A DNA stretch of 64,000 nucleotides, taken from positions 160,001 through 224,000 of the forward strand of contig CALSNU010000002.1 of NCBI GenBank assembly GCA_943787795.1, given 5' to 3'. The notes under the pieces were generated by a model. That model was not told where the DNA came from. It saw only the letters and a program-made list of their open reading frames with translations, and made no database searches. Source of the DNA: an uncultured bacterium (GTDB lineage: Bacteria > Planctomycetota > UBA1135 > GCA-002686595). Shown here in pieces: positions 29,543 through 39,783 of the stretch. The translations under genes were made by a program, and so were the position numbers. Every line of letters starts with the position of its first letter. Within the stretch, counting starts at the first letter, position 1.

Positions 29543-29675
29543 CTGAGGACAGATCGACACTGAGGACAGATCGACCCTGGGGCCAGATCGATCCTGCGGC
29601 CAGATCGATCCTGCGGCCAGATCGATCCTGAGACGAGGTCAACCCTGAGAGGTCAACCCTGAGGCGAGGCCGACC
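29543..29675. repeat. 17-bp tandem repeat x~8 with drifting units (CTGAGGACAGATCGACA to CTGCGGCCAGATCGATC to CTGAGACGAGGTCAACC)
   Basis: Read directly; between convergent genes, no spacers. Confidence 0.9.
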
Positions 29676-29693
29676 CCGGACGAGCAGCTGGCT

Positions 29694-30779
29694 CTAGCGC
29701 GAGGCCGACTCGAGCGGGAGCTCGGCCGCCCGGGGAACCGTCAGGATCCCCTGGGTCGCCAGGGCGCAGCGGATCACGACCGCGTCGTTCTCCGCCTGCT
29801 GCAGCTCGACCAGCTCGGTCTGCAGGCCCACGTTGGCAAGCTCGATGTACCCCTGCAGGAGGCGGCCCGCCCCCGCGGTGGTGGGCTGGACCGCGACGGG
29901 ATCCCCCGAAAGGGTCGTGGCGGCGTAGCCGTTGCTCTCGCCCTTCAGGTCCGAGGGGTTGCGGAAGACGTGCAGGCGGATCAGGCCGATCTGGTTCTGG
30001 ATGTTCCCCTCATCGAGGGAGTACACCTCACCGTCGGCGGAGATCGAGATGCCCTGGCTGTCCGGGGGGATCTGGACCTGGTCGCTGAGCAGGTAGCCCT
30101 CGGCGGTCACGAGGCGACCGTTGGCGTCCTGCCGGAACGTGCCGTTCCGGGTGTAGCGCTGCTCGCCGCTGGGGAGCTCGATCTCGAAGAAGCCAGCCCC
30201 CTCAACCCCGAGGTCGAGGGAGTTCCCCGTTAGCTTGAGGGCGCCCTGGGTCACGTCCAGCTGCACACCAGCGGACCGCGGGTGACGGACGTCGTTCATG
30301 GTGTCCGCGCTGGAGATCGGCAGCGGCCTGCGCCGCTTGTAGCCAGGGACCCCGAGGTTCGCGATGTTCTCGCAGTGCAGAGCGCACTGCTCATCGAGCG
30401 CAGCCAGCGCTCCCTTGAGTGACTCGACGCCAGCGCCCACCTCGACCCCATGGCTGGCCTCCACCGGCTGTGCGGTGGCCCCCGCCAGCGTGGCCAGGCG
30501 AAGCTGTTCCACCGTGCGGCTCAGCCCCTCGATTCGAGCGGCCAGCTGGATACCCCCGGCCGAGTCGACCTGCGAGGCCAGGCTCGAGCGCTCCAGGAGC
30601 GCCGCCCTGGCCTCTGCCTCCACAAGACGCATCTCGAGCTCCTGGATCTGCTGCTGCAGCTCGGCCCTCGAGGGTTCGCCCGTGTCCACCGGGTGCGCGG
30701 TCGTCGAGGGGCTGCTGGACCTCCCCTGGCAAGAGGCCAGCAGGAGAACGGCGGTGAGGGCAGTGGCACGCTGGATCAT
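29694..30779 (-). CDS. Lipoprotein with coiled coil fused to an FlgG/FlgF-like flagellar rod domain
   Basis: Lipobox LLASC; ENIANLGVPGYKR, QGALKLTGNSLDLGVEGAGFF, YTRNGTF...GRLVTAEGY, LQGYIELANV. Confidence 0.85.
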   Translation of the reverse strand: MIQRATALTAVLLLASCQGRSSSPSTTAHPVDTGEPSRAELQQQIQELEMRLVEAEARAALLERSSLASQVDSAGGIQLAARIEGLSRTVEQLRLATLAGATAQPVEASHGVEVGAGVESLKGALAALDEQCALHCENIANLGVPGYKRRRPLPISSADTMNDVRHPRSAGVQLDVTQGALKLTGNSLDLGVEGAGFFEIELPSGEQRYTRNGTFRQDANGRLVTAEGYLLSDQVQIPPDSQGISISADGEVYSLDEGNIQNQIGLIRLHVFRNPSDLKGESNGYAATTLSGDPVAVQPTTAGAGRLLQGYIELANVGLQTELVELQQAENDAVVIRCALATQGILTVPRAAELPLESASR

Positions 30780-30826
30780 GGTGAGTTCCTGGCTGGGGCG
30801 GGCGGCGTTGGCCGGGCGTGCCTGGA

Positions 30827-30854
30827 TCATCGGCCGGGTCCCTCCATTCCTTGA
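30827..30854 (-). promoter_or_regulatory. Sigma28 (FliA/SigD)-type promoter
   Basis: TCAAG-N15-GCCGATGA, about 48 nt upstream of ATG 30779. Confidence 0.55.
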
Positions 30855-30995
30855 CGCCTGCCCGCGGCTCGATGGGGTTCAACCGAGGCCCGGTGCCCCA
30901 GGCCCCTGGGCCGGGACGACCCAGGGCGAGGCTCGCCCCGACGGGGCTGGATGGAATCCCCTGCGGGTCCACATTCCGGACATAGACTGGAACCC

Positions 30996-33900
30996 ATGAG
31001 CGCCCCCCTCGCCTTCATGGTCCTCGCCCTCACCGCATGGCCCTCCGGCTCCGCCGGACCTGAAGACCGAGTCGAGGACAAGGCGCCCGTGGACTTCGCG
31101 CGTGAGGTGCGGCCGATCCTCTCGGACAAGTGCTTCCAGTGCCACGGCCCCGACCCCGAGACGCGCGAGGCGGGCCTGCGCGTGGACTCCCTCGAGGGGA
31201 TCACCGCGGAGCTCAGCACCGGCGGGCACGCCGTCGTCGCGGGGGACGTCGAGGACAGCGAACTGCTCTACCGGATCGCCCCGGAATTCGAGGACGACCT
31301 GATGCCGCCCGAACGCTCGGGCAAGTCCCTCTCGGAGTCCGAACGCTCGGTGCTGCGGCGCTGGATCGAGGAGGGCGCGCCCTGGGATGAGCACTGGTCC
31401 TTCCAGCGCCCGGTCAAGCCGACGGTCGCGCAGGGTGGAGAAGACGGCGACGCCATCGACGCGCTGCTCGACGGGCCCATGGCCGCCGCCGGGCTCGCGT
31501 TCCAGCCCGAGGCCGACGCCGCGACGCTCCAGCGTCGGGTGAGCCTGGATCTCACCGGCCTCCCCCCGGCCCCGGAGGAGTCGGCCGCGTTCCACGCCGA
31601 CGTGGCGCTCCGCGGGCTCGACGCCGCCTACCGCGCCGAGGTGAAGCGGCTGATGGCCTCCGAGCGCTACGGGGTGCACATGGCGCGGACCTGGCTCGAC
31701 GCCGCCCGCTACGCCGACACCCACGGCCTCCACCTGGACAACCGGCGGTCCATGTGGCCGTACCGGGACTGGGTCGTGCGGGCGCTGAACGACAACAAGC
31801 CCTTCGACGAGTTTGTCATCGAGCAGCTCGCCGGCGACCTGCTGCCGAACGCGACCCTGGACCAGCAGGTCGCCTCGGGCTTCAACCGGTGCAACCCCAC
31901 CAGCGCCGAGGGCGGGATGATCGCGCAGGAGTACCTGTCGATCTACGCCAAGGACCGCGCCGACACCACGGCCAAGGTCTTCCTGGGTCTGACGCTCGAG
32001 TGCGCCCAGTGCCACGACCACAAGTTCGACCCGATCAGCCAGCGCGACTACTACGCGATGTACGGGTTCTTCAACTCCATGACCGAGGAGGCGACGGACC
32101 GGAACATCGAGAACCCGGTCCCCTTCCTGCGCGTCCCGCTCCCCGAGCAGGCGGGCAGGCTCGAGGAGATCTCCGCCGCGACCTTGGCGCTGACAGAGGA
32201 GCTGGACCGACCCAACCCGGAGCTCGACGAGCGCGAGCGGCGCTGGATCGAGAGGACCTCCCAGGAGGTCCTGGGCCGCTGGAAGACCGTCATCCCCGAG
32301 CGGGTCGCGGCGACCGAGGGCGTGGAGCTCACCGTCGAACCGGAGAGCGGCGTCGTGGTCGCGGGCGGAGCGAACCCCCACAACACCACCTACACCATCG
32401 ACGCCTGGGTGCCGCCAGGACAGATCGAGGGGCTGCGGCTCGACGCCCTGGTCCCCGAGGGCCGGGCCCTGCCCGGCCGCGCGAGCAACGACAACTTCGT
32501 GCTCACCTCCGTGGAGGTCCTCGCCGCCCCCGCCGACCGGCCCGAGGAGCTCCAGCCGATCGGCCTCGGCGCCGCCGTCGCCACCCACAGCCAGGATCGC
32601 TTCCCCATCACCGGCGTCCTTGACCCCTCCTCCGCGAGCGGCTGGGCGGGACTCGGGAAGACCGGAGACCGGTCGGCGCTGCTGGTCCCCACGCGCGGCT
32701 TCGGGTGGGCCGAGGGCACGGAGCTCCGGGTCAAGCTGGTGTACGCCTCCGTCCACTCCCAGCACGGCCTCGCGCGCTTCCGCCTCGCCGTCCGGCGCTC
32801 CGACGACCTCGAGCCGGCCCTGCGCACGGGCACCTGGCACCGCGCCCACTTCCCCGCCTCCGCGGCCGCGGGTCTCTACGACGAGCCACACCCGCCCCAG
32901 GACCAGATCGCCGGAGGCGTGGACCTCTTCCGCGAGGCGGCCCCCGGCGTCCCGTGGACGGCCCACCCCGAGTACTCCGAGGGTCGCCGCCACCTGTTCG
33001 AGAGCGGCCTCGGCGTGCACTTCCTGGTACAGCGCATCGAGGCCCGTGAGGCCCGCAGGATCGAGCTGCTCCTGGGCAGCGACGACGGCGTTGAGGCCTG
33101 GCTGAACGGCGAGCTGGTGCACTCCAACCGCGTGGCCCGCGGGGTCAACATCGATCAGGACCGGGTCCCGCTCTCCCTCGCGGCCGGCGACAACGAGCTC
33201 GTGCTGAAGGTGGTGAACACCGGCGGCGCGGGGGGTTTCTCCTGGCGGCTCGTGGACGGCGGAAGCGCGGACGGCCTGCCCCCGGCCATCGAGCTCGCCA
33301 TGCAGACCCCGCTCGCCGAACACACCCAGGCGACCCGCGACCTGACGCGGGTCTTCTGGCGCCGCAGCCACGCCGAGGAGTGGGCCGCGGCCTTCGACGA
33401 GCGAGAGGCCCTGGCCGCCGAACGAGCCACCATCGAGGGGGCGCTGCCCAGCACCATGGTCTCCGAGGAGCGCTCCGAGCCCCGGCCCGCCCACGTCCTG
33501 ATGCGCGGAGCCTATGACAAGCTCGGGGAGGTGGTTGAGCCCGCGACCCCCTCGGCGCTCCCGCCCCTCCCCGCGGACGCACCGCGCAACCGCCTCGGGC
33601 TCGCGCGGTGGATCGTCTCCGGCGACAACCCGCTCACCGCCCGGGTCTGGGTCAACCGCGCCTGGCAACACTTCTTCGGGGCCGGCATCGTCGCGACCCC
33701 CGACGACTTCGGGAACCAGGGCAAGTGGCCGAGCCACCCCGAGCTGCTGGACTGGCTGGCCGTGACCTTCGTGGAGAGCGGCTGGGACATGAAGGCCATG
33801 CACGAGCGGTTGGTGCTCAGCCGCGCCTACCGCCAGGACTCCAACGTCCGGCCCAACGAGCTCGAGGTCGACCCCGACAACCGCCTGCTGGCCCGGAGCT

Positions 33901-34538
33901 CGCGCTTCCGCCTCGACGCGGAGGTCCTCCGAGACCAGGCCCTGCACGTGGCCGGGCTCCTCGACGAGACCATGGGCGGCCCGGGCGTCCGGCCCTACCA
34001 GCCCGAGGGGATCTGGTTCGCCGTGGGTTACAGCGGCAGCAACACGGTGCGCTACGCCCAGGGTCCGAAGGAGGACCTGCACCGCCGGTCGCTCTACACC
34101 TTCTGGAAGCGCACCGCGCCGCCCCCCAACCTGACCACCTTCGACGCGCCCATGCGCGACGCTTGCACCGTCCGCAGGGAGCGCACGAACACGCCGCTCC
34201 AGGCGCTGGTCATGCTGAACGACCCCACCTACGTGGAGGCGGCCCGCTTCATCGCGGCCCGCGTCCTGCGGGAGGCCGGACCGTCGCACCTGGAGCGCGC
34301 GGGGCACCTGTTCCAGCTGGTCGCCAGCCGGACGCCCACCGGTGAGGAGGCGGACCGTATCGCCCGGCTCGTCACCGCGCTCTCCGCGGACTTCGAGGCG
34401 GACCCCCTCGACGCCGTGGAGCTGGTCGCGACCGGGGACCTGGAGGTCCCGGCGGACGTGGACACCATCGAGCTCGCGACCTGGACGCTCACGGCCAGCG
34501 CCATCCTGAACCTGGACGAGGTCCTGACGAGGAACTGA
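30996..34538 (+). CDS. Planctomycete cytochrome c + DUF1549/DUF1553 domain protein
   Basis: [73 protein letters not shown]. Confidence 0.95.
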   Translation: MSAPLAFMVLALTAWPSGSAGPEDRVEDKAPVDFAREVRPILSDKCFQCHGPDPETREAGLRVDSLEGITAELSTGGHAVVAGDVEDSELLYRIAPEFEDDLMPPERSGKSLSESERSVLRRWIEEGAPWDEHWSFQRPVKPTVAQGGEDGDAIDALLDGPMAAAGLAFQPEADAATLQRRVSLDLTGLPPAPEESAAFHADVALRGLDAAYRAEVKRLMASERYGVHMARTWLDAARYADTHGLHLDNRRSMWPYRDWVVRALNDNKPFDEFVIEQLAGDLLPNATLDQQVASGFNRCNPTSAEGGMIAQEYLSIYAKDRADTTAKVFLGLTLECAQCHDHKFDPISQRDYYAMYGFFNSMTEEATDRNIENPVPFLRVPLPEQAGRLEEISAATLALTEELDRPNPELDERERRWIERTSQEVLGRWKTVIPERVAATEGVELTVEPESGVVVAGGANPHNTTYTIDAWVPPGQIEGLRLDALVPEGRALPGRASNDNFVLTSVEVLAAPADRPEELQPIGLGAAVATHSQDRFPITGVLDPSSASGWAGLGKTGDRSALLVPTRGFGWAEGTELRVKLVYASVHSQHGLARFRLAVRRSDDLEPALRTGTWHRAHFPASAAAGLYDEPHPPQDQIAGGVDLFREAAPGVPWTAHPEYSEGRRHLFESGLGVHFLVQRIEAREARRIELLLGSDDGVEAWLNGELVHSNRVARGVNIDQDRVPLSLAAGDNELVLKVVNTGGAGGFSWRLVDGGSADGLPPAIELAMQTPLAEHTQATRDLTRVFWRRSHAEEWAAAFDEREALAAERATIEGALPSTMVSEERSEPRPAHVLMRGAYDKLGEVVEPATPSALPPLPADAPRNRLGLARWIVSGDNPLTARVWVNRAWQHFFGAGIVATPDDFGNQGKWPSHPELLDWLAVTFVESGWDMKAMHERLVLSRAYRQDSNVRPNELEVDPDNRLLARSSRFRLDAEVLRDQALHVAGLLDETMGGPGVRPYQPEGIWFAVGYSGSNTVRYAQGPKEDLHRRSLYTFWKRTAPPPNLTTFDAPMRDACTVRRERTNTPLQALVMLNDPTYVEAARFIAARVLREAGPSHLERAGHLFQLVASRTPTGEEADRIARLVTALSADFEADPLDAVELVATGDLEVPADVDTIELATWTLTASAILNLDEVLTRN

Positions 34539-36016
34539 TGCAGCACCCCCTCCACGACTCCCCCATCGCCGAGCGCGCCGCGCACCTCACCCGCCGCCAG
34601 TTCTTCGGCAGGACCGCCACGGGCATCGGCACCGCCGCCCTGGCCTCGGTCCTCGGGCCGCGCGCCCTCGCGGCGCCGGCCATGGGCGACCGGACCGGCG
34701 GCCTCCCGGGTGTCCCCCACTTCGCCCCCAAGGCCAAGCGGGTCATCTACCTGTGCATGTCCGGCGCCCCCAGCCAGTTCGAGACCTTCGACTGGAAGCC
34801 GCGCCTGCGGGACATGTTCGACCAGGAGCTCCCTGACTCCATCCGCAACGGCCAGCGCATCACCACCATGACCTCCGGTCAGACGCGCTTCCCCATCGCT
34901 CCCTCGAAGTTCGACTTCGCCCGCCACGGCGAGGCGGGGACCGAGGTCTGCGAGACGCTCCCCTGGACGGCGAAGATGGTGGACGACCTGTGCGTCATGC
35001 GCAGCGTCCACACCGACGCCATCAACCACGACCCCGCCATCACGTTCATGCAGACGGGGTCCGAGCAGCCCGGCCGGCCGAGCTTCGGCGCCTGGCTCTC
35101 CTACGGGCTCGGCTCCATGAACCGAGACCTGCCGAGCTTCGTGGTCATGACGCCGCGCTGGAAGGGACGACGCGAGGCCCAGGCCCTCTACCAGCGCCTG
35201 TGGGGCTCAGGCTTCCTCCCCTCCGAACACCAGGGTGTCGCCCTGCGCGCAGGCGGCGACCCGGTGCTGTACCTGAACGATCCGGACGGCGTCGACCGCA
35301 AGAAGCGGCGCGAGATGCTCGACCTCGTGTCCGAGCTGAACTCGAAGCGAGCCGACGAGGTCGGCGACCCGGAGATCCGGGCGCGCATCGAGCAGTACGA
35401 GATGGCCTTCCGTATGCAGTCGGCGGTGCCCGAGCTCACCGATCTCTCCGGCGAGCCGCAGTCGGTGCTGGACCTCTATGGCCCCGACGCCAACGTGCCG
35501 GGCACCTTCGGCGCATCGTGCCTCCTGGCGCGCCGCCTGGTGGAGCGCGACGTGCGCTTCGTCCAGATCTACCACCGGGGCTGGGACCAGCACGGCAACC
35601 TGCCCAATGACCTGGGCAACAACTGCCGGGACATCGACCAGCCCGCCTACGGGCTGATCCAGGACCTCAAGAACCGCGGGCTCCTCGAGGACACCCTGGT
35701 CATCTGGGGCGGCGAGTTCGGCCGGACCACCTACTGCCAGGGGGCCCTCTCCAAGGAGAACTACGGGCGGGACCATCACCCGCGCTGCTTCTCCATGTGG
35801 ATGGCCGGAGCCGGCGTGAAGACGGGACAGACCTACGGCACCACGGACGATTTCTCGTACAACATCGTCGAGGACCCCCTGAGCGTGTACGACCTCAACG
35901 CCACGATCCTCCAGCTGCTGGGCATCCAGCACGACCGCCTCACCTTCCGCCACGCTGGCCGGGACCACCGGCTGACCGACGTGCACGGCGAGGTCGTCCA
36001 GGCCCTGCTGGCCTGA
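34538..36016 (+). CDS. DUF1501 (sulfatase-like) Tat-exported protein
   Basis: TRRQFF Tat motif, [38 protein letters not shown]. Confidence 0.95.
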   Translation: MQHPLHDSPIAERAAHLTRRQFFGRTATGIGTAALASVLGPRALAAPAMGDRTGGLPGVPHFAPKAKRVIYLCMSGAPSQFETFDWKPRLRDMFDQELPDSIRNGQRITTMTSGQTRFPIAPSKFDFARHGEAGTEVCETLPWTAKMVDDLCVMRSVHTDAINHDPAITFMQTGSEQPGRPSFGAWLSYGLGSMNRDLPSFVVMTPRWKGRREAQALYQRLWGSGFLPSEHQGVALRAGGDPVLYLNDPDGVDRKKRREMLDLVSELNSKRADEVGDPEIRARIEQYEMAFRMQSAVPELTDLSGEPQSVLDLYGPDANVPGTFGASCLLARRLVERDVRFVQIYHRGWDQHGNLPNDLGNNCRDIDQPAYGLIQDLKNRGLLEDTLVIWGGEFGRTTYCQGALSKENYGRDHHPRCFSMWMAGAGVKTGQTYGTTDDFSYNIVEDPLSVYDLNATILQLLGIQHDRLTFRHAGRDHRLTDVHGEVVQALLA

Positions 36017-36030
36017 CCCCAGTCTCGAAG

Positions 36031-37206
36031 ATGCCCCGACCCAACCCCCGCCGTGCCGCTGGCGCGACCCTCCTCCTCCGCACCTCGCCGCTCTGGATTC
36101 CGCTGGTGGTGGGCGCCTGTAGCACCGGCGCCGACCTCGTCCAGGCGGAACAGGCCGCCGAGCAAGCGGAGATCCGGCAGGCCGGGCTCGACGCGCTGGA
36201 GGCGGCGGCCGCGGCAGGCGACCTTGCCTCGCAGATGCGGCTGGCCTCCATGTACTACGACGGGCGGACCGTCCCCCGGGATCGCGGGAGGGCCGCCGTC
36301 TGGTACCGGGCCGCCGCCGACCAGGGGCTGGCCGAGGCCTACTACTCCCTCGGGATCATCCTGGAGGACGGCGACGGCCTCCCCCAGGACGCCGCGGCCG
36401 CGGTGGCCGCGTACCGCGTGGCCGCGGAGGCGGGGGTCGCTGAAGCTCAGACCAACCTTGGGCTGATGGCGCTCCGCGGAGAGGGGATGGAGCCCGACCT
36501 GAAGGTGGCGTACCTCTGGCTCTCACGAGCCGCTGAGCTCGGCGTCGCCAGGGCTCAGTTCATGCTCGGGTCCATGATCGCCAACGGCAGGGGCGCGAGC
36601 CCCGACACCGCGCTCGCGGTCCAGTGGTACGAGCGCGCCGCCAGGCAGGGCCTCGGTCCCGCCCAGGAGGTCCTCGCCGCCGCGCTCCTCACGGGAGACG
36701 GAGTGCAAAGAGACCCGAGCCTCGCGGCTCGGTGGCTCGAGCTCGCTGCGGACCAGGGATCAAGCAGAGCACAGGAGCGGCTCGGCCTGCTCCTCGTCGC
36801 AGGGGCCGATGGGATCCCCAAGGACGCTCCCGCCGGCGCCGCCTGGCTGCTCAAGGCCGCCGAGGGGGGCACTCCCACGAGCCAGTTCAACCTCGGATTG
36901 CTCTACATCCGTGGCGACGGCGTGGAGGCCAACGATCGCGAGGCCTTCCGATGGTTCTCCGCCGCGGCAGAACAGGGGCTGAGTGAAGCCCAGACGCGGG
37001 TGGGCGCCATGGCCGAGGCCGGCCGCGGCGTTCGCAAGAACGTTGTGGTCGCCGCGAGCTGGTACATGGTCGCCGGCCGGGAGGGGAACCTCGGCGCCCT
37101 GCGCCGGCTGGAAGCCCTCGACCAGAACCTGTCCGCGTCCCAGCGCCAGGCCGCCCAGGAGCGCGCCCTCGCCTGGGAGCAGGCGCGCGCCGGAACAGCC
37201 CGCTAG
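36031..37206 (+). CDS. Sel1-like repeat protein (probable lipoprotein)
   Basis: VVGAC; repeated AxxWYxxAAxQG.AEAQxxLG. Confidence 0.9.
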   Translation: MPRPNPRRAAGATLLLRTSPLWIPLVVGACSTGADLVQAEQAAEQAEIRQAGLDALEAAAAAGDLASQMRLASMYYDGRTVPRDRGRAAVWYRAAADQGLAEAYYSLGIILEDGDGLPQDAAAAVAAYRVAAEAGVAEAQTNLGLMALRGEGMEPDLKVAYLWLSRAAELGVARAQFMLGSMIANGRGASPDTALAVQWYERAARQGLGPAQEVLAAALLTGDGVQRDPSLAARWLELAADQGSSRAQERLGLLLVAGADGIPKDAPAGAAWLLKAAEGGTPTSQFNLGLLYIRGDGVEANDREAFRWFSAAAEQGLSEAQTRVGAMAEAGRGVRKNVVVAASWYMVAGREGNLGALRRLEALDQNLSASQRQAAQERALAWEQARAGTAR

Positions 37207-37329
37207 AGCCCTCGGGTGGTGGTGCAGCCCCGGCGCCCGGGCTCGAGACTGTCCTCGATGGAGACCGGCCCGCCATCTTGATGTTCTGGGCCTCAGGGCG
37301 CGTCCCTGGTTCAGGTCGATAGCAGCCCC

Positions 37330-38379
37330 ATGGCTCGCACGACGCTCCCCCTGCTCACCACTCTCTTCCTCTCGGCCTGCGCCACGACACAGTCCGGGCT
37401 CCGGGCGTACCACGGGGGGGACTACTCGGCCGCCATCGGGGCCTGGACGCCCCTCGCCGAGGCAGGTGAGCCCGCCGCTCAGTTCTTCCTGGGGACGATG
37501 TACGACGATGGGATCGGCGTCGAAGAGGACAAGCTCGAGGCGCTCGAGTGGTACCTGTTGGCGGCGGGCAGCGGCCACCCCAAGGCCCAGACCAACCTGG
37601 GCCTCCTGTACTTCCACGGTAACGGCGTCGCGCGCTCCCACGAGCGCGCGCTGCGGTGGTTCCAGCGCGCGGCAGAGCAGGAGTTCCCGGAGGCGGAGAG
37701 CAACCTGGGCGTGCACTTCCTGCTCGGCATCGGCGTCGACCCCGACGCCGAAGAGGCCCACAGGTGGTTCACTCGAGCCGCCGCGCATGGCCACGCCAAA
37801 GCCCAGCGGATCCTCGGGACCATGTTCGAGGAGGGGACCGGATGCGAGACCGACGACCGCGCCGCAGCGAGGTGGTACGAAGAGTCTGCGCGCAGCGGCG
37901 AGTCCGACGCCATGCTCCGGCTGGGCGTCATGCACCTGGAGGCGCGCGGGGTCCCGCTCGACGAGGGCCGCGCCGCTGAGCTCCTGACGGGAGCCGCCAA
38001 GGCGGGACAGGTGGACGCACAGGTGCTGATCGGGTGGATGCACTTCACCGGCCGAGGCGTCCCCAGGAACCCCGCGAAGGCGTCCGCATGGCTCGCCGCC
38101 GCCGCCCATCAGGGCGACCGCGGGGCTCAGGCGAGCTTCGGGCGGGCTTGCATTGAGCAGGCCACGACCGATCAGGCGCTGACCGAGGGGGTTCAGTGGA
38201 TCCAGCTCGCGGCGACCGAAGGCCTCGCTCACGCACAGTACGACCTCGCCCTGCTCTACCTGCGTGGGACCGGCGTGGAACGCTCCAGGGAGCAGGCCCT
38301 CCGGTGGATGGAGCGTGCCGCCGCCGCGGGTCACGCCGGGGCCATCTCGCGGCTCGCGGCGCTGAGTGACGGGGACTGA
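37330..38379 (+). CDS. Sel1-like repeat lipoprotein
   Basis: LSAC lipobox; AQFFLGTMYDDGIGV, AQTNLGLLY, AQYDLALLY. Confidence 0.9.
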   Translation: MARTTLPLLTTLFLSACATTQSGLRAYHGGDYSAAIGAWTPLAEAGEPAAQFFLGTMYDDGIGVEEDKLEALEWYLLAAGSGHPKAQTNLGLLYFHGNGVARSHERALRWFQRAAEQEFPEAESNLGVHFLLGIGVDPDAEEAHRWFTRAAAHGHAKAQRILGTMFEEGTGCETDDRAAARWYEESARSGESDAMLRLGVMHLEARGVPLDEGRAAELLTGAAKAGQVDAQVLIGWMHFTGRGVPRNPAKASAWLAAAAHQGDRGAQASFGRACIEQATTDQALTEGVQWIQLAATEGLAHAQYDLALLYLRGTGVERSREQALRWMERAAAAGHAGAISRLAALSDGD

Positions 38380-38397
38380 CTCACCGCACGCCACCCC

Positions 38398-39654
38398 TCA
38401 CCACGGCTCACCGAGCGAGCGGGCGACCCGCTCCAAGGCCTGCTCCAGGGAGGCGTCCGGGGTCAGGCCCGAGGCGGCGATGGCGATGCTCGTCTTCACA
38501 AGGTCCTCGACTCGAGGCCTCGAATTCGGGTTCAGCTGGGCCTCGACGAGAGCACGCTCGAACAGGTCCCCGGCGATCATCTCCTTCCCCAGGACCTGAT
38601 AAGCAGCCGCCAGAGGACGCAGTGCGCGGCCCCGCCAGATGCTGTTGATGGCTTCCCGCAACTCGTCGTACTTCGCCAGGGCCTGATCCGCCATGGCGCG
38701 CCCAGCCTCCATCTCTCCCGCCAGGCCCCGCAGGCGGGCCACCCGCGCGCGGAGCGCGACCTGGTCCTCGAGTAGGACCTTGCTGCCCACGACGAGGGCC
38801 TCCATGCGATCGATCTTCTCGCTGGCCAGTGAGGTGGCCTCATGCTCCAGGTCGCCCCCGATGAAGCCCTCCAGGATCTCGATCCTCGGGACGAGGGGAA
38901 TCTGACTCCAGCTCCCGATCGCGCGCTCGTAGAGCCGGTCTCGAAGCTCGCTGTCCCCGTGCACCCTGCCGTAGAAGCGCGTGACCCCCTCGAGCGCGAA
39001 GCGCGCCTCCTCGGACGTGCCCTCACGAGCGATCCTGAACAGCAGCTCTGCCTGAGGCTCGATCAGGCCGGGGTCAAGGACCCCGGCGGCATGAACCGTG
39101 AGCACCCCACCCTCCGTCGGGTCGATCCGGGCCTGGATACGCGCTGCCCGGACCTTGTCGCCCAGCTTCGCGTGGGCGAGGCCGATCCGCGCCCGCACCC
39201 GGTCCCTGCGCCAGCCCTGCTCGCTCGGTTCGGTGAGCGCCCGCTCAAACTGCTCCGCCCGTCCCAGCGCCGCCTCGGCCGCCGCGGCCTGACCGGCGTC
39301 GGCGTGGTGCACTGCAATCGCCGCAGCCCCGAGGGCCCGCCGCCAATTGGAGATCTGCTCCACCCACACCCAGGCCTCTTCGACCGGGCCCCCCGCGTCG
39401 AGCCAGGCCTCGACCAGGTCCTCCTTGAGCCGAGCGCGAGTCTTCAGGTGCGGAACCTCGGGCATCTTGGAGACCGCCGTGAAGGCGCGCCCAAGCAGCA
39501 CCTGCGCTGCTGGCAGGTCGGGAAGCGAGCGCGCCGACACCTCGCTGACAACCTCATCGGCGCCCTGGAATACCAGGCCGTGGTCGGGCGGAGTGGAGAC
39601 CGCCACGGAGGACGAGAGGGCTCCGGTCAGGAGGGTCGTGAGGATCAACAGCAT
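38398..39654 (-). CDS. Secreted helical (TPR-like) hypothetical protein
   Basis: Signal peptide, amphipathic helices, same strand and downstream of the TonB cluster. Confidence 0.7.
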   Translation of the reverse strand: MLLILTTLLTGALSSSVAVSTPPDHGLVFQGADEVVSEVSARSLPDLPAAQVLLGRAFTAVSKMPEVPHLKTRARLKEDLVEAWLDAGGPVEEAWVWVEQISNWRRALGAAAIAVHHADAGQAAAAEAALGRAEQFERALTEPSEQGWRRDRVRARIGLAHAKLGDKVRAARIQARIDPTEGGVLTVHAAGVLDPGLIEPQAELLFRIAREGTSEEARFALEGVTRFYGRVHGDSELRDRLYERAIGSWSQIPLVPRIEILEGFIGGDLEHEATSLASEKIDRMEALVVGSKVLLEDQVALRARVARLRGLAGEMEAGRAMADQALAKYDELREAINSIWRGRALRPLAAAYQVLGKEMIAGDLFERALVEAQLNPNSRPRVEDLVKTSIAIAASGLTPDASLEQALERVARSLGEPW

Positions 39655-39707
39655 GGTTCGTGGGAGCGTGTTGGGCTGCGCCGCGCTGGCACATTGAAGG
39701 ACGGGGC

Positions 39708-39772
39708 GGGGCCCCCCCGCCGAGATTCGGCGAGGGGGCCTCCTGAGACCGCGCCGCCCGGACGGCGCGGCG
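39708..39772 (-). terminator. Two GC stem-loops 3' of the 39784 gene
   Basis: GGCCCCCCCGCCGA-GAT-TCGGCGAGGGGGCC and CCGCGCCG-CCCGGA-CGGCGCGG. Confidence 0.5.
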
Positions 39773-39783
39773 ATCCAGTTCGA

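Noticed and set aside
29543..29675. Possible CRISPR array (also 23461, 54137, 61648)
   Set aside because: Units are 13-18 bp and directly adjacent with no unique spacers; no cas genes
30879..34307. 1142-aa minus-strand ORF (also 8090-9508, 49137-50963, 54024-55940, 228-1586 and similar)
   Set aside because: Antisense shadows of well-supported genes; stop codons are scarce in high-GC DNA and the translations have no recognisable motifs
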